Below, piece by piece: positions 1 through 12,573 of a stretch of 64,000 bases of DNA. Position 1 is the stretch's first letter, and each line of letters starts with the position of its first letter. The notes beneath the pieces were generated by a model that was not told the DNA's origin, did no database searches, and worked only from the letters and a program-made list of their open reading frames with translations. Position numbers and translations under genes: made by a program. This DNA comes from Centroscyllium fabricii (taxonomy: Eukaryota): the NCBI GenBank assembly GCA_051313645.2, contig JBNRSN020000019.1:54560001-54624000 (forward strand). The letters run 5' to 3'.

Positions 1-2138
1 TGGACACCTTTGGCGGTCGTCCTCTGGGGCGGCGAGCCTGTGGGGGCTCGCTACCAGCCTGCTGCTCCTGCGGCTGGGCAGGGTATGAGACTTCCATCTC
101 AGGTGCATGGGGACTCCGGCGGGCCTCTGACCGAGGGCTCTGCAGTGGTGTGGACGTGGGAGCGCTTGGAGAGGAGCGCCCATTTCCTTCAGCTGCACCA
201 CCAACCTCCCTCTCATGGGTCACCTCCCCCTCAGCGCCAGCAAGTGGCAGGACAGCACCTTGCTACACTTCAGGGGGGCCATGGGGACCCGTTTTGCAGT
301 GGAAGTCCTACTGAGAGGGACTTCCACGAAGGTCTGGGTCCTCTGCTCAGTAGATGCCACTCGCTGCTCAAGAGATGTGAATCTATCGTGGACCGTGCCC
401 ATGTCTTCGAAAGACTGGCGACTTATGTGCTCGATGGCCGTGGCCATCCTCTCCTCCACGGTCGCTATCGTTTCCATGGTGGTTGCCATCCTTTCCATGG
501 TGATGCGATCAGGCGCCACTGACTCCGCAAAGGAGCTTCTCATGCTTGCGACAGACTCCTCCATTCACATGACACTCGCAGCTACCTGGGAGACAAAACC
601 TGTCAGAGACGCCTGCATCTGTGTCTGGAGTCTCATCATGTGTCCTCTGCCTGATGGATCCAAAGGCGCTGGGTCGACATGCCGCTCAGCTAAGCTGGCA
701 GAGTCCTGCGCCCTCCGACTAGGACTGAGCACTGCTGTCCCTGTCTCCACAATCTGCTGAGGCTCACTAGTGCTGTCTGAATCACCCGGTGACAAGTCAT
801 ATGTAGCTCTAGGGGGGCCCACCGAGGTGCTAGTATCTGCGCTGGTGCCGGGTGGAGTCTGTGGTGCTGACGGTGCACTCTCAGAGATGGCAGGTTCCTC
901 TGAGGACTGAACAGGGGCGGCCTGGTGCTCATCTCTGCTTGGCCGTCCAGCTGCAGATGGGCCTGTGGGGCAGTAAAGGCAGAGGTTAGAGATAAGTCAG
1001 CAAGTTTACATACAGATAGCATTCAGGAGCTCAGCAGAGCTGCCTCTGCAGTGCTTTTACATTCATTGTGCCAGTCTCATGTGTTAGTTGTTAGAGAAAT
1101 AATTAAACCATGCTGTCACCAGCTCGAGATTGCATGCCTGCCTCACCGTCACCCACTCCCGGGGCTTGCCCCTCCCCAATGAGGTCTAGAACAGCCTCCT
1201 CCCAGGTGGTGAGCTGCTGGATGGTGGGGGTCCTCTTCCGGTCCCGGCGCTCTGCCGCTTGTTGGCGGCTGTCTTTTCCTGGAATGAGGGAGAGAAGTGG
1301 AGGTTGAGTGAGAAGGAAGGAGTTGGTGCAGCGAGTGACCAGCAAAGTTTGTTGGAGGGTGACAAAGATGCAGTGAGCCTGCAAGACCAAAGGCTCTCCC
1401 TGTGTGGTGCCAGATGTGCAGCAAGCATGAGAGTGAGAGGGAGTGTGAGGGCTGAATGGAGGGAAAGGACCGTGAGTGTGAGCATAGATAGAGAGGGAAT
1501 GGGTAAGGTTGCTTGGATGTGATGGGCCAGTGGGATGTGCAGGAAGGGAGTGGTGAAGATAAGTTGTGGTGAGGAGAGGTGAGTGGGATGAGATTGAGGG
1601 TGAGGGGAAATGAATACTTACTCTCGCAGTGTGATGAAGGTCATGCAATCTCTTGCGACACTGCAGCCAGGACCGGGGTGTTGTGCCCAAAGAGCTGACC
1701 CCCTCAGCCACCTGCTGCCATGCAGCCTTGGTCTGTGAGGGAGGTCTCTTCCTCCCTGACGAGTGGAAGAGAACCTCCCTATGGGTCGTTGCCCCCTCAA
1801 GCAATGCGTCCAGGGAGGGATCATCAAATTTGGGGGCGGGTCGTCCCCTCGCGCTGCCCGATGCAGCACCCTTACGCTCTGCCATCCTGCTGAAGGTTGT
1901 AGAATGCTGAGCAGTGCGGTGGCGAGCTGTGTTTATTAAAGGAAACCTGAATCCTGACGTCATATTGTGCGACTTTCTGACTGGAATTCGGTGATTGGGA
2001 AGGCTTCCCACAGGCGGGGAATTCATTGGGTCGTTAGACGAAAATCTCGTGGGAAACGCAGGCACTTAATCGGGCGGGACAAAAACCCGCCCCGACCAAT
2101 CCCCGCCAGTTCCCCGCCATTAGGGCAAAATTCCGGCC
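1..2138 (-). mobile_element. PIF/Harbinger DNA transposon, right part (runs off the left edge of the window)
   Basis: Carries a spliced Myb/SANT gene (next feature). Ends in AAAATTCCGGCC at 2127-2138, the same terminal type as other Harbinger-like elements here (e.g. 45861-45872). Confidence 0.7.
220..1885 (-). pseudogene. Harbinger Myb/SANT-like DNA-binding protein (NAIF1/MSANTD-like), 3 exons, disrupted
   Basis: Exon 1 1885-1622 (MAERKG..APKFDDPSLDALLEG..AWQQVAEGV..RSWLQCRKRLHDL) ends at a GTAAGT donor. Exon 2 starts at 1278 (EKTAANKRQ..) after a CAG acceptor and has a frameshift. Exon 3 starts near 962 and has an in-frame stop at 565-567. Confidence 0.75.
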
Positions 2139-3476
2139 ATCATTTCTGACCGACCTCCTTGGGGTAGATTTTCACCTTGCTGCTTGGACGTAAAACAAGC
2201 TTTTCTGGTCGGTCGCCCATTATATAAACTGCCTGGTTTTCATTTCCATTAATTTTAAGTTGACTACCCCCTTGTCTTGCTGAGGAAATGACATACCAAG
2301 TTGACTCTGGGAAGCCCTGTATCTAGACTTCCAAAAGTATTTGACAAAGATCCTTATGAAAGACCACTATTTGAGTTCAACACACTACTGCTTTTAATTT
2401 GCATCAATAACTTGGTTTCAGAAACTCAATGCAAATCGGTGCAGCAATCAACATAGTAAGTAGAATACTGAACTATGCACTCAAAATGGGAGACTACGGG
2501 GGGAGAAATTGAATCACATTCAGCCAATTTCAGAGACCAACTTCCCTTACCCAAAGGACGCCTCAAAGACATCCAACATAATAATGGATTGGGCAATTTT
2601 ATAGGCATCTCTGGCGACTGCCTAAAACAGGTGTTAGGCCCCTTACATATGTAAATTAAGGGCACAACGCCTGTTTTCGGCTCCCTCTGTTAAATTTGAT
2701 ATTGCAGAGTTAACGGAAGCCAGACTTTCTCTGCTCTGCATTCTTCAGCTGTCACTGAAGACCACTTACCACCACAAGGTAGGGTTATAAAAAAAAGTTT
2801 AAAAAAATCATTGCTGTGGAGCCAGGTGGAGGAGGAGTGCTTCTCCAACTCAATAGTATCCCAGTTAACCCGGCTCCCCCTGCCCCGTTGCTGCTCAACA
2901 TCCCACCCCCGCCGAGGCAAACGGCCCAAAATTAATTTCTTCGAATGGGCAAGCTGCCTGTAGAGGCACGTCAGAGACTGGCAGCTCGCCCGATGAATAT
3001 TAATGAAGCCTAATTTTTGGCTGGTCTTGGGTCTCCCAGTTCGAGTGACTGCAGCACCACCGTTCTTTCCCAAAGCCAGGCGCTGCTGAATATGTCTAGT
3101 CTGGTTACTAAGACACAAGGGTGACATTCAAGCCTTGGTGGCTTTCAAAGAGGAGCCACAAGGCTGACTTGCAGTTTTAGAAGCCTGAATTATGAGGAAA
3201 GATGAGAAAAATTTGGGCTTTGCAGCTTCAAAAGGAGGGTGACGGCACAAGCCCCAATGCTAGGTTTCTTGGGGCAACTGTCCCTTTGGGTGCCAATTGA
3301 TGCGGAGAGAGGAAAATCAGGTGGTAGGCCGGCAGTGACCATTCCCACCGTACATAATGCTTATGCTGCACAAGCCCTATTAACAATATTTTGTGGAAAC
3401 TCCAGAGTCATTGTGATGGGGGGAGGAGACCTAACCCATTAGGTCTTCATCCCCATTTCCTATTCGTCATGCCTGG

Positions 3477-3714
3477 TGTGGTAATCATGTATGTAACCAC
3501 TGTATATAGTTGCTGGTTACCTGTATAATACTGTAGGCTGGGACAGCCACACCCCTAACTCCTCCCCTCAGGTCGGAGTATATAGGTGAGTGCTGACCTG
3601 CCCCCACTCATTCTTCACCTTGACCTCATCAGGAGACCAGCTCCATTCTTAGTTAATAAAAGCCTGTAGTTTAGGTAACTACTCGTCTTTGTGTGATTAA
3701 TTGACGATACGTCA
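3477..3714 (+). mobile_element. Solo LTR (TGTGGTAA...GATACGTCA family)
   Basis: TG..CA ends, 5-bp TSD CCTGG (3472-3476 / 3715-3719), TATA-like box and AATAAA; closely similar copy at 59985-60221. Confidence 0.9.
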
Positions 3715-4390
3715 CCTGGGAACTGAGCATTCCCCAGACACAACAAAGATGAAAATCTGTCCTATTGCATGCTGTTTCAGGTACTCTGTCTTCAAACATT
3801 ATTGATACATTGCAGAGTTCACGGTAAAGTAACAAGGATAACTTTAAAATTTAGTTATGAAGACTCACAGAATTGAGTTTGTTTATATTGCTGGAAAGGT
3901 TTTGACACCCAACATGATTTATGTCTTCAAAAAATTAAGGGTATATCTAATGCAAGCCTAAGTAAGTGTTTTAACTTGGACTGCAATCACAGAAATAGCG
4001 TAAATGTCCAAAATCAACAAACCTCAAGTGATTCTCTTCCCTCCGCATATAAGTTGTGGAAAACAGATTTAGTGGTTATGAGGATAGACGTAGATGAACA
4101 GCAACTCCATGGACCATGGTAGCTCATGTACTACTGGGACTATGGAGGTGTCATCTGCATCATGTGACTGGTCATGGTTGAGTAATGTAGCTTATGGAGT
4201 AGATTGATTGTCAAGAATTTTGTTTGATTGCCTTTAGGGATCAGGGAGAAGGTTTACAGAATTTTATTTGTAGATTTTAGTTTTGAATGGTTGGATAAAA
4301 TCCATGATAGGCCAGATTGATCCATGGTTGTTAGTGCTTGATGAGCCAAATAGACTTTTCTTGTCCCATACATCAATGCACGACTTAATT

Positions 4391-5526
4391 GGGGGCGCTG
4401 TGCTCTGGCTGGAGCAGTCGTTATGATGGCGCGCTACTTGAAATCTAATTTGAAATTATATTTCACCTTGATGTTTTGAATTTAAATTTAAAATATCGGC
4501 CTCAGGAAAGTCAGCAGAGAGTCTGGCCAATGGTTTAAGTTTGAATTTAAATTTAATTTTCAAGTTATGGGTTTTTGATGGTTTCGGAGACCTGGCCGAA
4601 CGGTCGGCCCCGACCGGTGTTTCTTCACTCCCGAGGTATGGGAGCTCGTTGATCGGCTGGGCCCGTTCTCGGGCCGAATGGTCGGCCCCAACCGGTGTTT
4701 CTTCACTCCCGAGGTGTGGGAGCTCGTTGATCGTCTGGGCCCGTTCTCGGGCCGAACGGTCGGCCCCGACCGGTGTTTCTTCACTCCCGAGGTGCAGGAG
4801 CTCGTTGATCGTCTGGGCCCGTTCTCGGGCCGAAGGGTCGGCCCCGACCGGTGTTTCTTCACTCCCGAGGTGCAGGAGCTCGTTGATCGTCTGGGCCCGT
4901 TCTCGGGCCGAAGGGTCGGCCCCGACTGGCGTTTCTATCAGCTGGGCCTGTCCTCGGACAAAGAGTAGGCTCGGAATGGCGAATCTTCACTCCCGAGGTG
5001 CGGGAGCACGTTGATCAGCTGGGCCCGTTCTTGGGCCGAAGGGTTGGAAATCGGGCCTCCTATTCTTCGCTCCCAAAATGCTGGAGTGCGGCAATTCGGC
5101 GGTTCATTGGACCTGTCCTTGGGCCGATGGTCGGTCAGCTGGAATTCAATCTTCACTCCCGGAGTGCGGGAGTCCGGCATTTCATTTGGGCCTGTTCTCT
5201 GGGCTGAAGGTCGGGCACTGGATTCTATTCTTCACTCACAGAGTACGGGTTTTTAGTCCCGTAACCATCAAAAACCTCGATACAGCAGTGCATCGCAGTA
5301 AAGGAAGAAGGTTAACAACATCAAATTAAAGAGCCGGAGCATTAGCGGACCCTCAATGATGGCGTCGGAGAATGGCTTGACGTCTTGTGGGTTCCGGGCG
5401 TGCTATGTATCTTATGTTCTTTTGTTCTTGGTTGATGTGTAGCGCGTGTAGAATAGCATTATGCATTTCACTGTCTGAATTTTGTTCGGTTATGTGACAA
5501 TAAAATTTACTTACTTCCTTACTTAC
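4391..5526 (+). mobile_element. Non-autonomous retroposon with internal 78-bp VNTR and GTGACAATAAA-(TTAC)n tail
   Basis: Flanked by TAATT direct repeats (4386-4390 / 5527-5531); 3' AATAAA followed by (TTAC)n; CpG-rich body in an AT-rich context. Confidence 0.6.
4594..5240. repeat. 78-bp tandem repeat (about 4.3 near-perfect units, then degenerate units)
   Basis: GGCCGAA recurs ending at 4600, 4678, 4756, 4834 and 4912; the ORF track shows a matching 26-aa periodicity. Confidence 0.92.
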
Positions 5527-5814
5527 TAATTTTAGTGTCCAGCCATGAACTGCTAAATATTTTCCCAGTATTTCAAATTTTGGTTGAAGTAGGTATTCAA
5601 ATTTGTAACTCTGGTTGGAAGTGCAGCGATCTAAAGCTACCAGGCATCCATCCAGCCATCTATCTACCTATCTATGAATTTTCACCAAAGCATACATGAA
5701 AAATGTTATTATGTTGGTGTGAATTACTTTGACATGACTATTTCAAATAAGTGAATATGTTTCCAGAAAACTAGTTAGTGACTACATGAGAACTGAATGT
5801 GTTGGAAATTCATA

Positions 5815-5955
5815 TTAGAATCATAGAATCCCTACAGTGCAGATAGAGGCCATTTCGGCCCATCGAGCCTGCACCGACACATATCCCACCCGATCCCCAT
5901 AACCCCACATATTTAATCCCCCTAACACTAAGGGTCAATTTATCATTACCAATCT
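5815..5955 (-). mobile_element. HE1/V-SINE 3' fragment with (ATTCTATG)n tail
   Basis: Reverse complement of the 3' half of the SINE at 44937-45249. Confidence 0.8.
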
Positions 5956-6501
5956 TAGTCATCTTAGTCATGTTTGTCTTTCCTTAGGCTGTCACATCTC
6001 ACTGAAGTTTAGTTTTATATATATTAGGTGAAAAATTCATCCCCTTAGCGGCAGTAAATGGCACTAACAGGGCACTAGAGCAGTATCGCTGGGGCGAGGT
6101 GAATCCAGCGGCGCATGCCAAATCCTGCGCCGCCGGTAAGGGTTATCGCCGGGAACGTCAACGCCAGGTGGGTCGTGACGTCAGTGAGTCGGAGATGCTC
6201 ACTGGACACCCGATCTGCTAAATTGATTGTCGCTACCTACCTTAGCACCTGGAGTAAGGCGCATGGAGAGCTGGTGTGAAGCACCAGGAAGCAGGCTCCA
6301 GGGACATTATTTAAAGGGGTCATCAATAATGACTCGCAGCTGTCAGGTTAGTGCAGTTTCAGTGGTCTCTTGTCAGTTTCACATACTCCAAAGGTTTTGT
6401 TCAGTAATTACAAGGTTCTTTTGTATCAGGAGTGTTGTGACAACTAAAAAGTAGCTACATTTATTATTCAAAGAATCAAACTGCTACACTTGGTAACATT
6501 A

Positions 6502-7661
6502 ATGGGCACTGTACTGACAGTCGACCTTGGCCTTCAGGATCTACGGCGGAGGGAGTGGAGGCAATGAGAAAGACTGAAAGATGTGCCCAGAGGGTGGAGG
6601 AGGGCCTTCAGAGCTCTCAACAGGAGGCCTTACTCTCTGAGGGTATTCCGAGAGCACTTCTCTTACCTCCAGTTAAGCGAGCAGCAGTGTATTAGAGGGC
6701 TCCACTTTACCAAGGAGGTGGTCACAGAACTCTGCCACCTCCTGCAACCAGACCCCCAGCCTCAGACTAGGGTGCTCACAGCTCTCTCAGTGGCTGTCAA
6801 GGTCACTGTCGCCCTCAATTTCTTAGCCAGCGGATCCTTCCAGTCTGCAACAGGAGACATAGCGAACATCTCACAGTTCGCCGTCCATTGTTGCATCCAG
6901 GAGGTCACAGAGGCTTTCTGCAGTAGGGGAAGGGATTACATTTCCTTCCCCATCACCAGAGAGAAGCAGGACGAGCATGCATGTGGCTTTGTCAGGATAG
7001 CGGGATTCCCCATGGTGTAGGGCGCCATTGACTGCACCCACGTGGCTTTGTGGGCAGAGTGTAACAATTCTGAGATCTTCCGTAAACGCAAAGGCTACCA
7101 CTCACTTAATGTGCAGTTGATGTGCGACCACAGACAGTGAATCCTCAATTGTGAATGCCCGCTATCCTAGCAGCAGCCATGATGCCTTCATCCTGTGCCA
7201 GATCGGTGTGCCAGCTCTCTTCCAGCCACCATGTCAAGCTCGAGGGTGGCTGCTCGGAGACAAGGACTTATCCGCTCACCACCTGGCTCATGAATCCCCT
7301 CCGCAACCCCAACACTCCTGCCCAGCACTCATTTAATGAGAGCCATGCTGCCACCAGGAACATCATCGAGCAGACCATTGGCCTGCTGAAGCAATGGTTC
7401 CACTGCCTTGACCGCTCAAGAGGAGCCCTCCAATACTCGGCAGAGCGTGTGTCCCATTTCGTGGTGTGCTGCTGCATGCTCCACAACTTGGCTGACATGA
7501 GGGCCCAGCCCTTGCCACCAGAGATTGCGGGACCACCTCAGGAGGAAGAAGAGGGTGTGGATGAGGAGGAGGAGGAACAGGAGAGAGGGAGGAGGCAGTC
7601 ACTCAATTGGCCTTCCGGTAGGGCAGTCCATGACCGCCTTATCAGACTGCAGTTCGAATGA
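6502..7661 (+). pseudogene. Harbinger DDE transposase (HARBI1-like), with stops and frameshifts
   Basis: Motifs KVTVALNFLASGSFQ, GAIDCTHV, RKGYHSLNVQ, ARYPSSSHDAFIL, WLLGD, FNESHAATRNIIEQTIGLLK, CCMLHN; in-frame stops at 7018-7020 and 7138-7140. Confidence 0.9.
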
Positions 7662-7836
7662 ATTATACCCCAGATCCCCATTGCTCACCACGTCCCCATC
7701 ATTCCACCCCTTTCGCAGGTCATATCACAGCGTAAAGCTGAAATGAGACACCACAAAAAAATCCAAACTGAATTAATAAATTTATCAAAAATCAGTGAAC
7801 ACACATCTACACCAAAAATATTAACTGTTCACCCTT

Positions 7837-9709
7837 CTACAATCCCTTAGTGCCTGTTGTTACTGTGCCTTTGCCTACTCTAGTGCTCCTACAAAGTGTT
7901 GGCCCAGTGGCTGCAGCATGGCTGGTGGAAGGCTGCTGAGTGTCCCTGCGGGAGACTTCAGATGGCCTTGCAGGACGCCCTTGACCAGCTCTGGACCTGC
8001 AAGGCCCAGCTGTAGACTGCACCACCTCATCATGGGCGGCAGCAGTCTAGGCTGGCTGGATGACGGGCAACGACAAGGGCACTGGCGGAGTGGCAGTGGT
8101 GGGAGCAGGGATGCTGTCATCCTGAGAGAGGATGGCAGGTTCCTCCTCCACTGACCCAGTGCCACTTCCCTGGGGCAGCATCTTGGCATCCCTAGCAATC
8201 TGTTGGAGCAAAGATTGCTGGCCTGCTGCGATACCGTGAAAGCCCCGGTCGACAATGGTAGACCCAGCCACGATGGCAGCAGTCAGAGCTTGCGTGGCAT
8301 CAAGCTGAGACTGCATGAGAGCAGTCTGAGATTGGATGCCACCAAAAATAGACTGCATTACAGCACTAAGACGTTGCATCGCCTCCGCTTGTGCTGCAGT
8401 GGAAGCTGCCAGATCGTCCATCACACGCAGCATCAGGTCTGGGTCGACTCGGTCTCTCTGGGAGTCTACCATCCTTTGCAAACTGGAAATGATGGTCTCC
8501 ATGGTGTGCGCAGAGCCTTGTGCAATGTTGGAGGTGGACTCCTCGATGCTCCTTACCATTGCCGAGGGGCTCTCGGGCACCCTTGCCATTGCACCTATCA
8601 TCTCCGTGTGAATGCCCATCACCCTTCTTCTAAAGACCTCGCCATCGAGGTCCTCATCTGGGTCCTGTGCAGCATAACTCACCCTCCAGGGAGCTGGCCC
8701 CTGAGCTACCCTTTGCCCCCTGGCTTTGCTGCAGCCCACTTCTACCCGGTGCCTCACCCTGTACAGATTCTGCTACTATACTAGCCTCTAAAGAATGCAT
8801 ATTGCCAGTATCTGAGCTGGTGCCTGCGGGTGAGACATGCAGTGATGCGGTGTGTTCTCCCTCTTCTCCTGCCCCGCTCTCTACGGTGCCCTCAGGGACA
8901 GGCTACTCAGGTGCTTGCTGATTATCTGAAAGCATAAAGCCACAAGCGTCGGGTTAAGGTAAGGGGAGGGGGGCAAGAAGGGAGAAATTCATGCATACAG
9001 CATGAATAGCTGGAAATTGGGAAAGGCTTGTGGGGTGAGGGAGAAGTGGGATGTGAGAAGGAGTAGGGATGAACATACTGTTGTTGTCCCCAAGGGCGCC
9101 AACGTCACTGGTGGCCACGGCACCCACCACCTGATGCCCATTAATCATCAGCACTCGATTCACCAGCACACCCAGTAGTTGTGTGTCGGCTTGTTTACTG
9201 CCTGTTTGCTTCTGCTCCCTCCTGTTGTGAGCCACCTTGGCCTGCAAGAGAACGGAAAGTGTTTGAGTGAGTGTGGGCAATGTGTTTGCATGATGTGCTT
9301 GCCATAGTTGAATAGCTGTCATTGTGTGCAAGGTGTGAGATGTGGCTGAGAGTGTTGGTAGGTAGAGATTGTTGGTGGGTGAGTGCTGGGGGTGTGGTGC
9401 TTTGGGCAGTGTGTGAAGATTGTGGCTCACATGGTGGTATGCAGCATTTGTTGAAGCATTGACTCACCCCGACCACCCGAGTGAGGTCGTTAAATTTCTT
9501 CCTGCACTGTGTGGGGTCCTGAGGACCACAGTGCTGCCCGAGACGTGCTGCGCCATCTCCCTCCATATGGTGCGGAAGACTTGTGGTGAGGGCCTCTTGC
9601 CACTTGCCGGAAGGAGCACTGCTCTCCATTTCTCCACAGTGAAAACCAATGCATCCAATGCTTGATCGCAGAATCTGCGGGCTCTCTCCTTGGGGCATGG
9701 ATCTGCCAT
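7837..9709 (-). pseudogene. Harbinger Myb/SANT-like partner gene, 3 exons, disrupted
   Basis: Exon 1 9709-9468 (RARRFCDQALDALV..IWREMAQHV..TQCRKKFNDLTR, GTGAGT donor), exon 2 from 9241 (AKVAHNRREQKQTG), exon 3 includes the coiled-coil-like ORF 8047-8757. Confidence 0.8.
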
Positions 9710-10499
9710 GAGTACAACTGGTTCAGTCCTCTGACTCCTTCTCCTTGTCCTGCTTCTGCTTGCTGAGGCAGCTGCACCGCCAGCAGTCCCGAGAGTGACG
9801 TTGTACAGCATCAATTAACCTTCCCTATAATTACTGAAAAAAGCCTGTGGCAATGATGACTTGCGATTAGACTGCACCTAATATTGGTCTACCCTTTGAG
9901 TGTAACGCCAATGAGCTTGGGCTTTAAGACATGAATTAGGACTCCACTCATTTTTTTGAGCCGTGAGCACAAATTTTGCGTGCAGTCTAAAGCATTCGCG
10001 TATGCCGCAAATTCTCCAACTTTTCTGCTGACACCGCCTATTCCTTGGCTATAACGAATATCTAGCCCATTGTCTTTAAAAGACCACTAACATCGTTGTC
10101 TGTATTTGGCAATATTATTGTATTCTTTTGTTTGCTGAATTAGTCTAGGGAAAGCTTTGAACTATACTGAAGTGTGCAAGTAACAAAAATTACAAAGCAA
10201 ACGTGTCCTGTTTGGTGACATATTTCAACTGTTTGATAAAATTATTATTTTCAAGTATGTCTCATATTATTCGAGATCATAAGCAATCAAGAAATAGATG
10301 TACTGGATGAAATCAATTTGAAGTTTCAGTTTGTTGTCTCAAAAATGAAAACAGGAACAGGGCTAGGCCATTGAGCCCCTCAAGCCTATTCCGCCATTCA
10401 GTGAGATCATAGCTGATTTGTGACCCATATACCTGCAACGCGAAAGGGTTAATTAATAACCTTGTAGTAAAGGGGCCTTTAGGGAAGAGTGATAAACAT

Positions 10500-11986
10500 G
10501 GGGCTCTAGGGGGGAGGAGCTAATTACGATTAAAGTCACTAAGGAAGTAGTACTCGGTAAAATTGGTGGTACTTAAGGAGGATAAATCCCCTGGACCTGA
10601 TAGCTTACATCCTAGGATCTTGAGGGAAGTGGCGGTAGGGATTGTGGATGCATTGGTAATAATTTTTCAAAACTCTCTGGACTCAGCAAAGGTCCCGGCA
10701 GATTGATAAACTGTTAATGTAACACCTTTATTTAAAAAGGGTAGTAGACAGAAGGCTGGAAATTATAGACCAGTTTGCCTAACATCTGTGGTTGGCAAAA
10801 TGTTAGAGTCCATTATTAAGGAAACAGTGACAGGGCCTTTGGATAAACATAATTTAATAGGACAAAGTCAGCATGGTTTTACAAAGGGGAAGTCATGTTT
10901 GACAAATTTGCTAGAGTTCTTTGAGGACATAACATACAGGGTGAATAAAGGGGAACCAGTGGATGTAGTGTATTTAAACTTCCAAAAGGCATTTGACAAG
11001 GTGCCACACAAAAGATTATTGCTCAAGATAAAAAATCACGGGATTGGGGGTAATATTCTGGCGTGAGTGGAGGATTGGTTTTCTAACAGAAAGCAGAGAG
11101 TTGGGATAAATGGTTTGTTCTCAGACTGGCAATCAGTGACTAGTGGTGTTCCGCAAGGGTCGGTGCTGGGACCCCAACTCTTTACAATCTATATTAATGA
11201 TTTGGAGGAAGGGACCAAGTGCAACATATCAAAGTTTGCGGATGACACAAAGATGGGAGGGAGTGTGATGAGTGAGGAGGACATTAAAAACCTGCAAAAG
11301 GACATAGATAGGCTAAGTGAGTGGGCAGAGATTTGGCAGATGGAGTATAATACTGGAAAGTGTGAAGTTATGCACTTTGGCAGGAAAAATAATAGAGCGA
11401 GTTATTATCTAAATGGAAAGAAACTGGAAATTACTTCAGTGCAAAGGGATCTGGGGGTCCTGGTGCAGGAAACACAAAAAGTTAGTATGCAGGTGGTCAG
11501 GAAGGCCAACGGAATGTTGGCTTTTATTGCTAAGGTGATGGAGTATAAAAGCAGGGGGGTCTTGCTGCAGTTGTACAGGGTATTGGTGAGACCACACCTG
11601 GAGTACTGCGTGCAGTTCTGGTATCTATATTTAAGAAAGCACATACTTGCTCTCGAGGCAGTGCAAAGAAGGTTCACTAGGTTAATTCCGGGGATGAGAG
11701 GGATGACATATCACAAGAGGTTGAGTAGATTGGGCCTCTACTCATTGGAGTTCAGAAGAATGAGAGGCGATCTTATTGAAACATATAAGATTGTGAGAGG
11801 GCTTGAACGGGTGGATGCGGTGAGGATGTTCCCAATGGTGGGTGAAACTAGGACTAGGGGGTATAATCTTAAAATAAGGGGCTGCCATTTCAAAACTGAG
11901 ATGAGGAAAAACTTCTTCACTCAGAGGGTGGTGGGGCTGTAGAATTTGCTGCCCCAGAGAGCTGTGGAAGCTACTACATTGAATAC
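10500..11986 (+). mobile_element. CR1 LINE, 5'-truncated ORF2 (RT); continues at 18044-18400 after a Gypsy insertion
   Basis: [47 protein letters not shown] motifs; the sequence resumes after the AATAC TSD. Start is approximate. Confidence 0.92.
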
Positions 11987-12573
11987 TGTAACCTTCAATA
12001 ACATCCTCGGAGTCGAGTAGTAAGTTGGAACAATCAGGCTTTTATTCACTACACCTGGAACATGCACCAGCAAGTTGACTGTCCCCGGGAATGGCATGGG
12101 GGATGGGGGCAGTCACTTATATACCTCCTCCTGTGGGGGAGGAGTCGTGGGCGGAGCCAACCTGGGCATGTCCCAGGTATCATCTCACAGTATAGTATAA
12201 TACAGTACAGGTATAGGTTACATCGTGATCCATGGTAGTTAACTATATACAAGTGATATACACGTTTATCACATTCACCCCTTCTTTAAAACGAAAGTAC
12301 GGCGGGGTGAAAAGACTAATAATTACAAGTGAGAGAGAAAAAAAATTATTTCTTTAAAACAAAGTTCTTTTGACTATAGATTGAGTCTTTCAGGCGGATT
12401 AGTTGTCCGCGTCGATCTTCGCCGTGACGCTCCCCCAGCCGAGTCTTTCAGGCGGTTTAGTTGTCCGCGTCGATCTTCGCACCGCTGGTGGTGCCTGTGG
12501 TGTTCGTGGTCGTGGAGCGGCTGTTTGTGTCGGTTGCTCCATTGATGCCGGTCGAATAGTGGTGGTTGTTGTG

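Larger units (their letters stand above)
6026..10068 (+). mobile_element. Full-length but decayed PIF/Harbinger transposon (transposase plus convergent Myb/SANT gene)
   Basis: Two convergent genes, the typical Harbinger layout; degenerate TIRs (AGGTGAAAAATTC / GAATATCTAGCCC); ATT on both flanks (6023-6025, 10069-10071). Confidence 0.8.

Noticed and set aside
4594-4930. CRISPR-like array or 26-aa repeat protein (ORF 4541-5014)
   Set aside because: Whole 78-bp units repeat with no unique spacers, there are no cas genes and the context is vertebrate. The ORF is explained by a GC-rich unit whose length is a multiple of 3.
6502-7661. Domesticated HARBI1 gene
   Set aside because: It has stops and frameshifts and lies inside TIR/TSD boundaries with a Myb partner gene, so it is a dead transposon copy.
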